DNA of 64,000 nt from Lama guanicoe (lineage: Eukaryota), in the NCBI GenBank assembly GCA_013239625.1, contig MU053379.1, positions 1,482,974-1,546,973 on the forward strand. Direction: 5' to 3'. The translations under genes and the position numbers were made by a program. Of this stretch, positions 1 to 13,129 are shown piece after piece (positions within the stretch are counted from its first letter, which is position 1; every line of letters begins with the position of its first letter). The notes under the pieces were generated by a model. It did no database searches, had not been told where the DNA came from, and saw only the letters and a program-made list of their open reading frames with translations.

Positions 1-3000
1 TCCGTGGATAATTTTATGCCACCGTTTGGGTAAATAAGATGTATCCATAGCTTCTTAGTGGAGAGAGGTCAGAGGGGAGAATTGTTTTCATATTAATGGT
101 CAAATTACAATTTTTAAGAAGTTAAAACCCAATTCTCTTTCAGATGTATAGAGAGCAGGTGTCAAATGTTTCTTAAGTCATCAGAGAGAGCCAGCTGGAG
201 GGCGGTGGGGGAGCTGTGAGAGAGATGAGAGTGAGGGGTCAGCTACAGAATGATGGAATGCGGTCACTTAGGTCAGTACGAATCGGTTAATGCCCATCAG
301 ACCGTAACCTTCGGGATTTCTGTTTCTGCCTTCACTGTGCCTGCTGCTGGCCCGGCTGTGATAGTGGCTGTCTGCTCTGCACCTTGGGCACGTAGCTGGG
401 TCCTGCCACACACCTTCTCCACCCCCTACACCCCCTTGGAGCGTGAACACAGCAAGCTCTGTTCCCGGCTTGAAGCCTGGGGGACTTCCTGGTGGAAGAG
501 AGCCTGCCCCCCAGATCGCTCCCTTTTTCCGTGCAGGTGCTGAGCCCACTCGCCCCAGAAGTTGGGGAGCTCCCCTGCACGTCTGCTTCATCTTGAGGTG
601 TGCCTCTCCCTAGGCCTCCTGTCCTGTCGTGTCCCCGCAGCTGTGCCTGGCCCTGCGAACACCGGAAGAAAAGGCTAAGCTAAACCAAGTCGCCAAGGAG
701 GCAGGCGTTCTGGAACCTCTGTTTTGGTGGGAGAGAGGTTGAAGCCATGTTTAAAATGAAACTGTAGCATTTTCTGTGGATATAATCTGTAAAATGATGG
801 CTAATCAAAACTTGGCAAAGTTCTCTCCCCTGGTTGCAAGTTCTTTGGACTCCCTGTAAAATGTCCCAAAGTTCTAAAGATCAGTGTATCAGGTCTAATT
901 CACATGCTTGATGTTCTTTGCAGATAATGGGGTCAAACATCGTTGGTTCGTTTTCTGCACTGCTTTTCCTTGGGAGAATTTTGATGTTAAATTGCTGGTA
1001 CACAGATATTCCAAGTGTGCTTGGTGTCTGTCACTGGCGCTGACTCTCGCTGTTGTAGCTTATGTCAAATGTGAGACAGACTGAGTGGTTTGCGGTTGGA
1101 CCTACCTTCTATATTTTGAGTTTCTGCTAAGGGGAGGCCAGCCCTGCCGTGCTCTTGGTTTCTCGGATGTTTCAAACTGTTCTTCAGGTGACTGACATTC
1201 AGTAAACCCAGCATGTTTCAGGGGTGCCTTCTCCATCCATTTTCAAAACCATGCTGTTTTTTTGGAGCAAACATAATCCATGTGATTCTTTTCACTCAGT
1301 TCATCTAAATATTGTTTCAGGATCTGAACCCTTTGATATCCCAGAAGCACTTAGATTCCCACCTTTAAAAAAAAATGGGTATAGTGTTTTTCTGCTTCCA
1401 CAAAAGGAGAAACAGTGTTTTAAGACCGAGAAGGAACCTGAGCTCTGAATGTGTCCAGATACTGGTTGGTGACACGTGGGGTCCTGCCAGTTGGGGCAGC
1501 AGCCTCACATCATCCTGGCTACTCTGCACAGAGGCCAGACGCTCTCGGTGACACACACCCATCACAGACATCTGCCTGGTCAACCCAGCGTCTCGGGGAG
1601 GCCTGAGACTCATCCAAGGGCTGCTTTCTGACTCCTAGAAGGAGTAGACATTACCCTTCTGGCATATTTGGATCTTTCTTTGTTCTGAAAGGTATGTAGA
1701 AAGATTTCAGTCTTTTAAAAACAATATAACAGGCCGAACTGTGATCTTATAAATTTTGATTGAGATAAAAGAGTTGTTTGTTCATCTTTTGTAATAAAAC
1801 TAGTTTATCTCCTTCTGGGTTTGCGACTGCCAGGGTTCTTGTTACTTTGTCTTTCTATCTCCTTAGAAGACTTAGAGCTTAAGCTGAATGTAACCAGCCA
1901 GGACTGTAAATTAACAGGCCGCACCACGTTGATTCAAAACTCCCTGTGCAGAGGGGTGCCAAGGAAGTGGAGAAATTAGTGTGGCATTCTCCTTCAAACT
2001 GGGCAAAATATGGTATTTGCTAGTCCAGCAGGAAAGATTTAGAAGGCAGAGAGCCCGAGGGCTAGGAGAAGAAGATAGACTCTGTCTGGGGTCAGTAGGA
2101 AACTCGTTTGTAAACCTCTCAAGAAACAGCCTAAGAAAACCAATGGCGAGGAGCTGCGGGGGCTTCAGTTCAGGACCAGGGTTTGATTTTTCTTCTTTCC
2201 CAGTTTATCCCACTGGATCTTGAGTCTACTTCTTTACAAATATTCAGAAAGAGTGATGAGCTTTGATGGTTCAGGTCACGTTAATAAAGAGATTTATTTT
2301 GGATAAAATGCTGGAAATCCATGGTTATTAGTTAGTGGAGTAAAGTTGATTGGAGAATCCTTTTCATATTTTTGGAAAAAAGTACTGGTACTGCGTGGCT
2401 GAAGGGTGTTGCTACCTGGTGGCCGTGACCCCCCGGGGGCAAGCATGGGCCCCGAGACGGTGGTCCCCGGAGTTGCTCAGGCTGTGGCCGAGCTGGGTGG
2501 TGCAGCCTGAGATTCCAGAGGGAGGGCTTACAGGATGATTTGAGGCAGAAATGCTTGCATTTTTCAAAATCAGAAATACGGAGCAAAGAGCTACCTTCAG
2601 GGGAACAGTAACCTATGTAATAACATCCCTATATTATCCCCAGTAGAAAAGTTGGATAATGTGTAATGTGCAACACCATATGCTGCAGGTTATGTTAGGT
2701 CGAACCGGATGGACTTGTTGAGATTTGGTCATTTTTGTGTGAAAAATATTACAGTTTTATATGATTCAATCTAACATTATATATAAATTCATAAATCCTC
2801 AAGAAGAAGTTGGCGTATGATTGAAGAGGAAGACGCTAGCTTGTAGCCAGTCCTCTCCAAGTGAAGGACGGCTTCCTGAGTGCTTCCCTGGGCTGTGTGG
2901 AACCCTGGGTCAGGCGGGATGGGGGTGTTTTAGTTCCCTCCTCTTCAGCAGCGCAGGACCTGCCCTCGCTCTGCCGTGAGCAGGGAGCCGCCAGCGTTGG

Positions 3001-3345
3001 TCCCTCTCGGGCAGGCCTGCCGTCGGTGAGTACTGCCAGTATCTGTGCATTTCTCCACACCTCCTGCCCCTGCCTCACCTGTTTTGTAACAGGACGTTCG
3101 GCAGAGTTCCTCTTATTTCTGCGTTTCTAAAGACATCTCCTAGACCACTTTTGCAGGGGGTTCCTTAAAACATGGCTTTTGAGGAGTTTGCTGCTGAAAT
3201 CTCCCCCTAACTGGAGTGGCTGCAGCATTACAGAAAGTGGGTATCACAGAACATCGTGTTCTGACACCTCTAATAATTATTGGGATGGAATGTGTGAGAA
3301 CAGGTGTGATTACCGGAGCACAGCATCTGATGGACTGGGGTGTTT

Positions 3346-3520
3346 TTTCTTTTCTTTTCTTTTTTAAAAATATTATTTATTTATTATATTACTTATTTTT
3401 GTTTGTTTTGGGAGGGAGGTAATTAGGTTTGTATATTTTTAGGGGAGGTACTGGGAATTGAGCCCAGGACCTCACGGATGCTAAGCATGTGCTCTACCAC
3501 TTGAGCTATACTCTCCCCCT
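3346..3520 (-). mobile_element. tRNA-derived SINE (camelid type)
   Basis: The reverse strand reads GGGGAGAGTATAGCTCAAGTGGTAGAGCACATGCTTAGCAT...GGTCCTGGGCTCAATTCCC (A/B boxes), with an A-rich tail. Near-TSD ACTGGG(G/T)TGTTT at 3334 and 3521. Confidence 0.9.
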
Positions 3521-3725
3521 ACTGGGTTGTTTCTTCAAGATGAGAAGCTGTGGAGACCCGGTGTGCCAGGAGTTAGGCCTCCTGGTGGCGTGTGTGGGGG
3601 GAAGGGATGTGCCAGCCTCGCCCTTGCTGTGACTTCAGACGCTTATTTTTATGTAAAGCAAAGCATTTAAAATCGTTCTGTTAAAATAATAGAGAGTGGG
3701 ACATTTTATGAAATCGAAATCTGTT

Positions 3726-3865
3726 GGGGAGGGTACAGCTCAGTGGTAGAGTTCATGCCTAGCATGCACGGGGTCCTGGGTTCAATCCCAGTATCTCCAT
3801 TAAAATATATAAATAAGTAAATAAACCTAACTCCCTCCCCCCCCGCAAAAACAAACAAACAAAAA
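3726..3865 (+). mobile_element. tRNA-derived SINE (camelid type)
   Basis: GGGGAGGGTACAGCTCAGTGGTAGAG...GGTCCTGGGTTCAATCCC with an A-rich tail. TSD GAAATCTGTT (3716-3725) / GAAATCTATT (3866-3875). Confidence 0.92.
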
Positions 3866-4339
3866 GAAATCTATTACATTCCGGAATTCTGAATCTTGAG
3901 TCTTCTGCTGTTCTCACCATTTATCAAAGCAGAGCCACCTTGACTCAAAGGCTGAGACAGCCAGGAGTGCAGCTTTTAAGATTCCTTGTAGAACAAGCAG
4001 GTGAGGCTTTTCTGTTAGAGCTCGGACATGAGCCTCACAGCCATGAAAGAAGAACTCGTTTGGCTGTGCGTCTTCTGCGTAAACCCTGTCTGAGTGTCCT
4101 CTGATCTGCGTGGAGACCCACCTGGTTTGTGTAGTGTCAGATCTTACAGCACATACGCCAAACTCAGGTGATGCCAGTAATCATTTCTGTTTGGCTTAGT
4201 AAGGAAGGCGGCCAGCAGGCTTCTTACCGTTAACTGTTAAGAACTTTTCTTAACAACACAAATGCAGATCAGACATAAAACATACTTAACGTAAATCAGG
4301 TAACCTCACTTTACCTACCTGCAGGAAATCTTCACGAAG

Positions 4340-4904
4340 GCAGTCCTCTTGGCAGTGTCTGCGGATGTTAAACATACACATACTGTATGACCCAGCAAGG
4401 TGTGTGCATATGCATAAAAGACGGATAGGAGATGGAGCACAGCAGCATGTTTGTAATAATCTCAGCCTCAGAGCAGTCCAGCTGTCCACCAGCAGTAGAA
4501 TGGATAAGTAAACCATAGTCTGCTCATACAGTGGAGTTCTACACAGCAAGGAAAACAGACTGCACTTACGTGTAGCAGTGTGGATGAACTGCATCCTCCA
4601 AAGTATGTCAAAGCTACACTCAAGAGTGTACATCATATAACTCCATTCATATAAAATGTATGTAGAAAGTCTTCCCTTATAAGGGAAAGATTAATCCTTG
4701 GTATTAGTCAGGCAGTGGTTGCCTTTGGGAAGGAGACACGGGGAGATTAGGAAGCACATGGGAGCTTCTGGGATTCTTTTGTGGCTGATCTGTGTACCTG
4801 TTATTCAGTGTTTGCAAACTGAGAAGCTTCACTGAGCTCTATGCTTAAGGGTTGCACACTTTTCTGCATGTATACTTTAATAAAAAGTATTTTAAAAAAA
4901 AGAA
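4340..4904 (+). mobile_element. old L1M 3' fragment
   Basis: Degenerate L1 ORF2-end/3'UTR motifs (TATGACCCAGCAA, CAGTAGAATGGATAAGTAAA) ending in AATAAA and an A-tract. Confidence 0.6.
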
Positions 4905-5189
4905 AGGAGGCTTATTTTCTAAGAGAGGATAAGCTTAGCTCTTTCCCCCTGAATTACCTGTAAGATTTTCCAGGAACTATTTGTTTAATTTATTCTATTT
5001 CAATCTTTTCTCTTCTTCTCTGTTGCATTTCTAGTATTTCATCAGCAGATTCTCATTTCTACTCCCAATAGGTTATTTTACAAAGTTTATTAATACATAA
5101 AGTATGATTTAATTATTTCCTGGACCAGATTTTATTTCTAAAGACATATTAATTAATTAATTAATTAATTACTCAATCTTATGATTTTT

Positions 5190-6322
5190 AAAAAATTTAT
5201 TGAGGTATAGTTGATTTATAATATTATGTAAATTTCAGGTATATAACAGTGATTCACAATTTTTAAAGATCATACTCCATTTATAGTTATTGTAAAATAT
5301 TGGCCATATTCCCAGTGTGGTATAATACTTCCTGTAGCTTATTTATTTTATACATAGTCCTTTGTACCTTTTAACGCCTGTCCCTCTCCAGCCCGTCCCC
5401 CTTCCCGCTCCCCACTGGTTACTGTGAGTTTGTGCTCTTTATCTGTGAGTCTGTTTCTTTTTTTGTTATATTCACTGGTTTGTTTTATTTTTTAGATTCC
5501 ACATGTAAGTGATAACATACATACAGTATTTGTCTTTCTCTGTCTGACTCATTTCATTAAGCATAGTACCCTCCAGGTCCATCCATGTTGTTGCAAATGA
5601 CAAAATTTCATTCTTTTTTTTTAATCACTGAGTAGTATTCCATTGTATAAATATATGACATCTTCTTTGTTCACTCATCTGCTGGTGGACACTTAGGTGG
5701 CTTCCATATCGTGACTATTGTAAATAATGCTGTTATTAACATTGGGGTGCATGTATCTTTTTTTATCGAAGTATAGTCACTTTATAGTGTTGTGCCAATT
5801 TCTGGTGTACAGCTTAATGTTTCAGTCATACACATGCATACATATAATCCTTTTCATATTCTTTTCCATTATAGGTTACCACAAGATACTGAATATAGTT
5901 CCCTGTGCTATACAGTAGAAACCTGTTTATCTATTTTACACATAATAGTGTCTGCAAATCTTGAACTCCCAATTTATCCCTTCCCACCCCCTTTCCTCCC
6001 TGGTAACCATAAATTTGTTTTTTATGTCTGTGAGTCTGTTTCTGTTTTGTAAATAAGTTCATTTGTGTCATTTTTTTAGATTCGGCATATGTGTGATATC
6101 ATATGGTATTTTTCTTTCTCTTTCTGGCTTACTTCACTTTGTATGACAATCTCCACGTCCATTCATTTTGCTGCAAATGGCATTTTTAGTCTTTTTTTTG
6201 ACTGAGTACTATTCCATTGTGTAAATACACCACAGCTTCTTTATCCAGTCATCTGCTGATGGGTGTTTGGATGTTTAGGTTGCTTCCATGTCTTGACTAT
6301 TGTAAGCAGTGCTGCTGTGAAC
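5190..6322 (-). mobile_element. two adjacent L1 3' ends (about 5190-5757 and 5758-6322)
   Basis: Each starts with a T-tract plus TATTGAGGTATAG or TATCGAAGTATAG. The block CCAT(G/T)TT...GCAAATG...GAGTAgTATTCCATTGT occurs twice. Confidence 0.85.
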
Positions 6323-9300
6323 TCTAAAATGTTAATTAGTGGAACGGAGCCTGTCCCCACATTGATCTCAAGAGCAAATGATCATTATATTCCAAACACA
6401 TTATTTTCTGCAGTCAGCTCAGATATTCAGCACACGGTTTGGTTTCACACTGCAGTGCACTTGGCTTGTGACCACACTTCTACATGGTGATGTGCACGTG
6501 TAAGTGTGGAGTGTGCAGAGTAAGGTGCAGTGTATAATAATGAGTCTGTGACTTACTTGTAACACAAGGGATCGTTACAGGTGAATTCATATACACAAAT
6601 GCATGTATGCTGTAGTTCTATTGTAGAGAAAAAGGGTTTTAACTTATTGCTTCTTATGCTGAATGGTTCTATGAGTTTGGATATTTTGGCCATAGGTATC
6701 AAAAAAATTAAAAGTGGCTTGAATGACAAGGACATTTATTATATGACATAACACCACGTTGAGAGGTTAGGCCTCAGTACATTAATGCCCCAGGACCCTT
6801 CCTGCTAGTAAACTGGGCCCAAGCAGGAGCCTGGAATTCTGAGCTGTCAGAGTCCTTCCTCCTGGGGCAAAGCGAGGGGTGGAGGAGGGGAGAGAGGCGG
6901 CAGGTGGCGCTCGCTGTGCTTCCTCCTGGGCACCTTCAGCCCCGGCAGGAGGTGCCTCGAGGATGGTCCAGCTTCAAGCCTTCTGACTTCATCTAGACAG
7001 TTCTAGCTTAGAGATGTGAACCTGGAGTAGGCAGGGAAGAAAGCTTTTTCTCTTTTCTCCAGGAGGCCCTCGAGTTGGAAAATTTGGGGGAAAATGTCGT
7101 GCAAATTAAAAAAATGATCAGGGTTTGGGATGAGATGTTCTTTTGTCACCTGACTCCCCCTGCCTCTTGCCAGCCACGGGTCCTCACCTGCTAGGGGGTT
7201 GTGAGAAAAGACTGGTCTCCATTTAGGAAGATACAAATTTAAACTCCAAGGAGCAAACCCTGCTTCGGTCCAGACAGCCTCGTGGTGTTCAGAAATCCGT
7301 AGCGAGACCCGGGCACCTAAAAGGAGTGGATTCGTAGGCTTGTGAGTGCTGGGAAAAGAGCAGGCTGGTGGAGAGAGGTGGGTGAGGGTGCAGAACTTGT
7401 GTTATCTGAGTCTTCGTGGTTTGTCTGTGATTTGTCCTCATCTGTATCTGAGAGTTCCGTGGCCAAATCCCTCCGTTCTTCTACTGTGATTCCTGATTGT
7501 TTTTAACAGGTTGGTTCATACTAAGCGATATCACATTTCCAGCGTTTGACTTTTTTTTATAACAAAAAGTTCAAAATTCCATCAGTAAATATTTAATTAT
7601 TATAAAAATGCACTGTAACGTGTGAACATCACAGTTAGCCATAGCTTATATGTTCCTAACCTCCAATGTGGTTTGGGATCTGTAATGGGCATTCAATAAT
7701 ATATATATTTTCATTTTTCTCCAAATTGTCCTAAGAAAGAAAAAGAACTCTCCTTCCCCTGGCAAGATTCATTAAAGTATTTGAAAATGTTAGTTCCAGA
7801 CACAGGAGGATTGATTTCGTTTTTGTGTAAGATTTCCAGCGAGGACGTCTGCATGCGGTCAGGGGCCTGTCGCAGGCCTTCCCAGAGCAAGCTGGCCCTT
7901 AACTAAATGAAGTTTGACTGGCATGCCCCGCTCTCTTGCTTTTTCAGTGGTAGAAATGGATGGTAAATGGATTTTTATTTGTATTTGTTGTTCACGAGAA
8001 AATAGTTTCGAAGCTACCCCTCGGCCCTCTGTCTGGAAGTCAGAAGTTTCAAATAGTGTGCTTCTGTCAGGTCTGGTTCTGCTGGGCCTGGGTCTTGATC
8101 TGATCAGTGCATCGAACTCGGCTGAGCCCCCCTTTAATGACATTCTGTCTAGAAGACGCCATGGCAGCCTCTCCGCCACCCCTCCAAGGAGCTCTCTGGT
8201 TGGCTAGTCCTTGGGTCCCAGCCTCAGTCTCACTCTGCTGGCAGATGTCTGTGCCCACTGTGCCCACGTCTCTCTGGGTGACAGTGGTCAGCGTCCCAAC
8301 CACACCAGCATTTCCTCAGACTCAGGCCCTGGTCTGATTGTGCGTCAGCACGTGTCTGGCAGGAAACCTCCAAGGTGCAGTCAGCGGTGTCTTTCACTCC
8401 TGTGTCTTAGTCTGTGTCCGCGGCGGTCTTTTATACCTTAGGAGCCAGACCGGCCTCCGAGGTGGCCTGGGGCAGACCCCGGCCGGCGCTGCCGGCCCCT
8501 CCCTCCACTCTGCTCTCTGGCTCTTTCCCGGCAGATGATGCTGTGGTTGGTTCTGAAAAGCCGGCATCTCTGTGTGCTGCTCCCTCCACCTGGGCTGTTT
8601 GGTTTTAGCAGAGAAGGTCGCTTTGTGCCAAAACTGGGACTGTCCTCAGGGTTGCTTGTGTGAGGTCCTCACAGGTTCAGGAATGTCTCCGAAGGTACAG
8701 GCATGAGGCAGGAAGGCCTCTGGCATTCACGTAGGTCTGTGAATAATTGACTGGACCTGAAATGTAGGCATTTATCTTGCGGTCTGACCTTCCTGGTGAC
8801 AGCGGAGGCATTTTCTTTTCATGCTTTGTCAAACTCATTCCTCATCTCTTTGTCCAGAAATGTTCCCGATCTTGATTTAATAATTGGAAATCATGCAATT
8901 TATTTGTTGGCCTCTGGTATTTACATTGGTTCTCATCATGAAATTACACTGTGCAGGTGATCTGTCACCAAAAATCCAGCAAGGATGGGGAGGGGGTTGC
9001 CAGTCCAGGTTTGTCCTTGCCAGATTGTTGGCATAATTCAGCCAGTTAATCATCAGCATGAACGTCGGCTGCTGTCACCAAAGTTAGGTGCCTGTGTATG
9101 GACGTGAAGAGGCCACTGTCTTGGAGACGTTTTTGGGGGAGCCCCTTTGGAGTGACTGGGGAATTCTACTCCTGTTGGTGGAAGTCGGTCTCAGAAGAGA
9201 ATGTGGCTCCTTTGGTCACTGAGGCAGATCTAGATTCAGTCCTGGGGACTTGGATGTGATTTAATGCTATTTGTCATACTTTTGCTCTCAGTCCAAAAAG

Positions 9301-9889
9301 GGAGGTGACGACCCGTGTGTTCCTAAAATGTTAATCGTGGGGCTGGGATGGAGGGGTGGCAGAGGAGACTTGGAAGTGACTTTACCTTTCCCAGAGAAGC
9401 AAATGGAATGTTGGTGACGAGGCGGAAGCGTTGTCATCTTCAGTCCCAGGACCCTGTTGGCTTGGCCAGCCAAGAGCCGGTGGGGATGGTGTGAGGACGC
9501 CTACATGCTGGGGCCCAAGACAGGGGGGGACAGGCGGGGTGGGGGGGGGCCCTTCACATGCCGTGGCAAGGGGGTGCTGTCGGGCCCAGGACTCCCTGAG
9601 CTCTGCGGGCCCCAGACTGTGGGTGCAGGCGGGGCCGAGGCTGTGCCCTGGGGACCAGGGGAGGTGATTAGGAGTGAGGTGCCACAGGGGTCCCTGAGGT
9701 GGGTGGGACAGGAAGCAGGAGGGTGGGTGGGGTGGGGGACTGGAAAGCCCGGAGCACGCAAGGCCGGGTGAGGGGCTGGGACCAGCCGGCACAGCAGGGG
9801 CCAGTGCGGGAGGCCCTTGCTATGACTTGGAGTCTCGGCTCGGTCCTCTGAGGCCAGGGGAGCCCTTGAAGATTCTGCCTGAGGAATGA

Positions 9890-10290
9890 CTTTATTTTGT
9901 AAACGGTTTTACTGAGGTGTCAGTCACAGACCAAACACTCGCTCACATTCAGTGACTCTTAGGATATTCAGCGTTGGGGGCCATCACCACGGTTGACTTT
10001 AGTACATTCTCCTCACCACCAAAAGAAGCCCCGCGCCCCCTCTCCCCAGCCTCCCAGCCTCTTCTGTGTCTGCAGACGGGCCGATCCGGAACACTTCTGG
10101 TGACTGGAGTCGTGCAGTGTGTGGCCTTCTGTGCCTGGCTTTTTTCACTTAGCATGGCGTTTTCAGTGGTCGCCTGCGCGGTGGGATGTCAGCACGCCGG
10201 TCCTTTTTATTCCCGAGTAAGGCTGCGTTGCAGGGCTGGGCCCGCTGTCAGCTGGTGGCATTTGTGCTGCTGCCCCTTTCTGGCTGTAAT
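9890..10290 (-). mobile_element. L1MB-like 3' fragment
   Basis: Reverse ORF 9949-10155 (MLSEKSQAQKATHC...) is the typical L1MB 3'UTR pseudo-translation. The motif TGCCTGGCTTTTTTCACTTAGCATG is present. Confidence 0.65.
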
Positions 10291-10569
10291 GAGCCAAGCT
10301 GCGGGGGCGGGGTTTAGGGGCCTCGGAACTGGCCCTGGCGACCTCTCTCTGCTGAGCCAGACGGATGTGACGGGGACGCGACGAGGCAGGGAGCGCCATG
10401 AGGTCGTTTAGTGGTCCCTTCTTTGCACGTGGAATTTTGTGTTTTAGCTCAAAGCCCTCGCAGAACCAAAGCGTATAAAACATAAAATGGAGCCCCCCAG
10501 ACAGTGGTGTGGGGGGCCTGGAATCCCCGCCCCCACAGCCCCCTTCCTCGGGGCTGTTGTGGGTTTTGC

Positions 10570-10910
10570 TTTCTTTCTTTTTTTTTTCTTTTGAGTAAAA
10601 GCACATTTATTTAGAGAGATGCACACTCCATACACAGAGTGCAGGCCTTCTCAGAAGGCGAGAGAGAGCGAGAGTGTGACGGGGCGGGGGCGGTTTTGCT
10701 GGTTTTTATATACTAACAAGTGAGAGGAGCTGCTTTGGGGCAGGGGTGGGGATGCCAGGAACTGGGCCTCTGCCCTGTCTGACCTTTCGTGGTTAGCTTT
10801 GGGACTGGCATGGGGCTTGTGGGCGGGTCATTCGTCCGGCTAGGACATCACAATGTGTATAATGAAGCTCAAGGTCCCCTGGAGGTCGAATCTCCGCCAT
10901 CCTGGGCCTC
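10570..10910 (-). mobile_element. ERV1-like LTR (U3-R) ending in a poly(A) tail
   Basis: On the minus strand: TATAAAA (10704-10710), AATAAA (10606-10611), then an A-tract (10570-10592). The body resembles a recalled cetartiodactyl ERV1 LTR. Confidence 0.6.
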
Positions 10911-13129
10911 CAGGTCTGTTGAGAGCTGATGGCAAAGAGAGTGGCGTGCCGGGATTTCCCTCCGTGAAGGCGAGCAGTTCTGGGTGGTGGGGGTGATGCT
11001 GGATGAGGAGCCTGAGGACTGTGAGTGAGGGAGCTGGTGGGAGCTTGAGTGAAAATAGTCCCATCAAGGGAAATTGCCCAGGGTGACGGTGAGGCCAGGG
11101 CCAGAGACCGTGACAAGGGCTCCATGGAGGTCAGAGAGGGGAAACAGGTGGCGTGGCCCCAGCCTGTGATGTGTCTGGGACAGCGCGGGGAGGGAGGGAA
11201 GCAGGAGGGGTGGCAGAGGGAAGGTTCTGTACTGGGGCACCTTCTGGGAACAGTGTCAGCGTGGGAGAGGGGGCCGCAGGCGAGAGAGAAGGAGGCTAAT
11301 GCTGGAACGGGGGCCTTTTCACTATGTGTGTGTGTTGGGGAGTGGTTCCTGTTGGCCCAGATGAGAGAAGGGGGCCGTGGAAAGGAAAGCACAAGTTTGG
11401 AACAGTGTGTGTGCGTGTGCATGCATGTGCGTCTGCGTGTGTGCGCGTGTGCGTGCGGTCACGCGTATAAATGGGTGTATAGGGGCTCGGATTTGGCTCC
11501 TCCACTGATGACCCTTTCCTGGCCCCTCCGCCTCCCCGTCTGGCTTAGACCACTTGCAGGCCCGCAGGAAGCCCTGGCTGCAAGGCTGGTGGGATGAGCT
11601 GGCGGAAGGGCTCCCAGGCCGCTCACTGCAGTCTGACTGAACGTGGTGCTCCCTCTGCAGCCTCGGTTTCAGATAAGCCATCCTGCCTAGCGCTTCTCCA
11701 AGTCGAAGGTGCACGTGGACCCCTGGGTCTGTGACAGCGCAGGTTGAGATCCTGCAGGGCTGGGTGGGCCTGAGCGCCTGCCTTTCCAGCTGCTCCCAGG
11801 AGGGGCTTGGGGCCTCTTGGAGCAGCAAGGGACCAGCCCCTTTCCCAAATGAGTTGTTGCCGCTCAGCCGCCCTGTTTTGGTGTCTGGATGTGGGAATCA
11901 GGAAAGCAGAGGGGAGCAGAATAGCCAAGCGATCTGGCCCTAAGGTTGTCAAGTCTTTTGGGGACCTTATCTGATTAAGAACCTTGACCGCAGGCCCCCG
12001 GGCGTGCAGCAGCTCTTCCTCACAGCTCACGGCCGTGCTGACCCCCGCGGGGCTGCCTAGTAACGTGCATTTTGAGGAAGGAAAATCACACTAGGAAAAT
12101 GGCTCTGAGCATTACTTCTGTTCTCTGATTTCACGTTAGCAAACCGCCTTCCAGGAGGTGAGACGTCCTGGTAGCATCTGGAGAAAGGAGTCGTGACTAA
12201 CGACAGGTGTCTCAGAGCGGGGTGGGCAGCTTCTGTTTATACCGAAACCATAGTGGGTGCTTTTGTAAATACGTTTTTCCCCCACACAGACGGCATTCAT
12301 GGGAGAACTGTGGTGGTTTGCTCACATTTCTTCTTAGAAGTACATAGTAGTGATAGCAGACGTTAGGTTTCTAGGAATGTTTTCCTGCTACATTCTTGGC
12401 TCCCAGTGGCTGTCTCCATGCGGATCGGAGCCCGGGGCGCCCAGAGCTGAGCTTGAAATTAAATTCGCAGAAGTGTCTCAGTAATCCTGTTGAAGAGCAC
12501 TTTGTCTTCTCTGACAGCCTCCATACTCGAGAATTATAAGTCCGTGATCAACAGATTTTTTTCTCTTTAGACACTTTCTTTGGAGGCAGGTCAGATGGTT
12601 GGAGGTGTTAGGCAGAGCGATGGCTGAAGATGCGGTGTCATCACTCGTGTGTGTTCGAGAAAGGTTTTATTGCATGATATTTGATCACTAAAAAATGTAT
12701 GTAACACACATATATGTAAAAAATGTAACATTAAGGTAAACAACCAAGGCCCGCCTCCGACTTTAAGACCAGAGCCCCAGCCGAACCCAGAGGTGTCCTC
12801 CCCGACAGCTTCCCATCCCCCACACCCTACTGTCCTGCAGCCTCTGCTGGTCCCCCGCCCCCCTCTCCCAGGTGGCTTCAGCACACGTGTGTGCCCCTGG
12901 CTTTCCTGTTGGAGGGCTTCTCGGACGGATCCCCCGGCTTGGCCTTGTCGTGGTGCCTCCAGCACCAGACAGGCTTTCAGAGCTGAATTTACACTGTTCC
13001 CCCAAACCTCCTCTTTTTTGAATTGGTGAAGAGATGGGAATCCTAGGTTTTGATTATTGCAAGCATACATTTTCCATACCAACATTTCAAATGGTAAATC
13101 AGTCGGCACAGAATGTCAGAGAATATCTC

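Noticed and set aside
3726..3800. tRNA-like sequence with A and B boxes
   Set aside because: It continues into a SINE body and A-rich tail with TSDs, and occurs three times in the window. It is a SINE, not a tRNA gene.
5148..5171. Self-complementary (TTAA)n run
   Set aside because: It is a short microsatellite next to an L1 tail, with no piggyBac terminal repeats.
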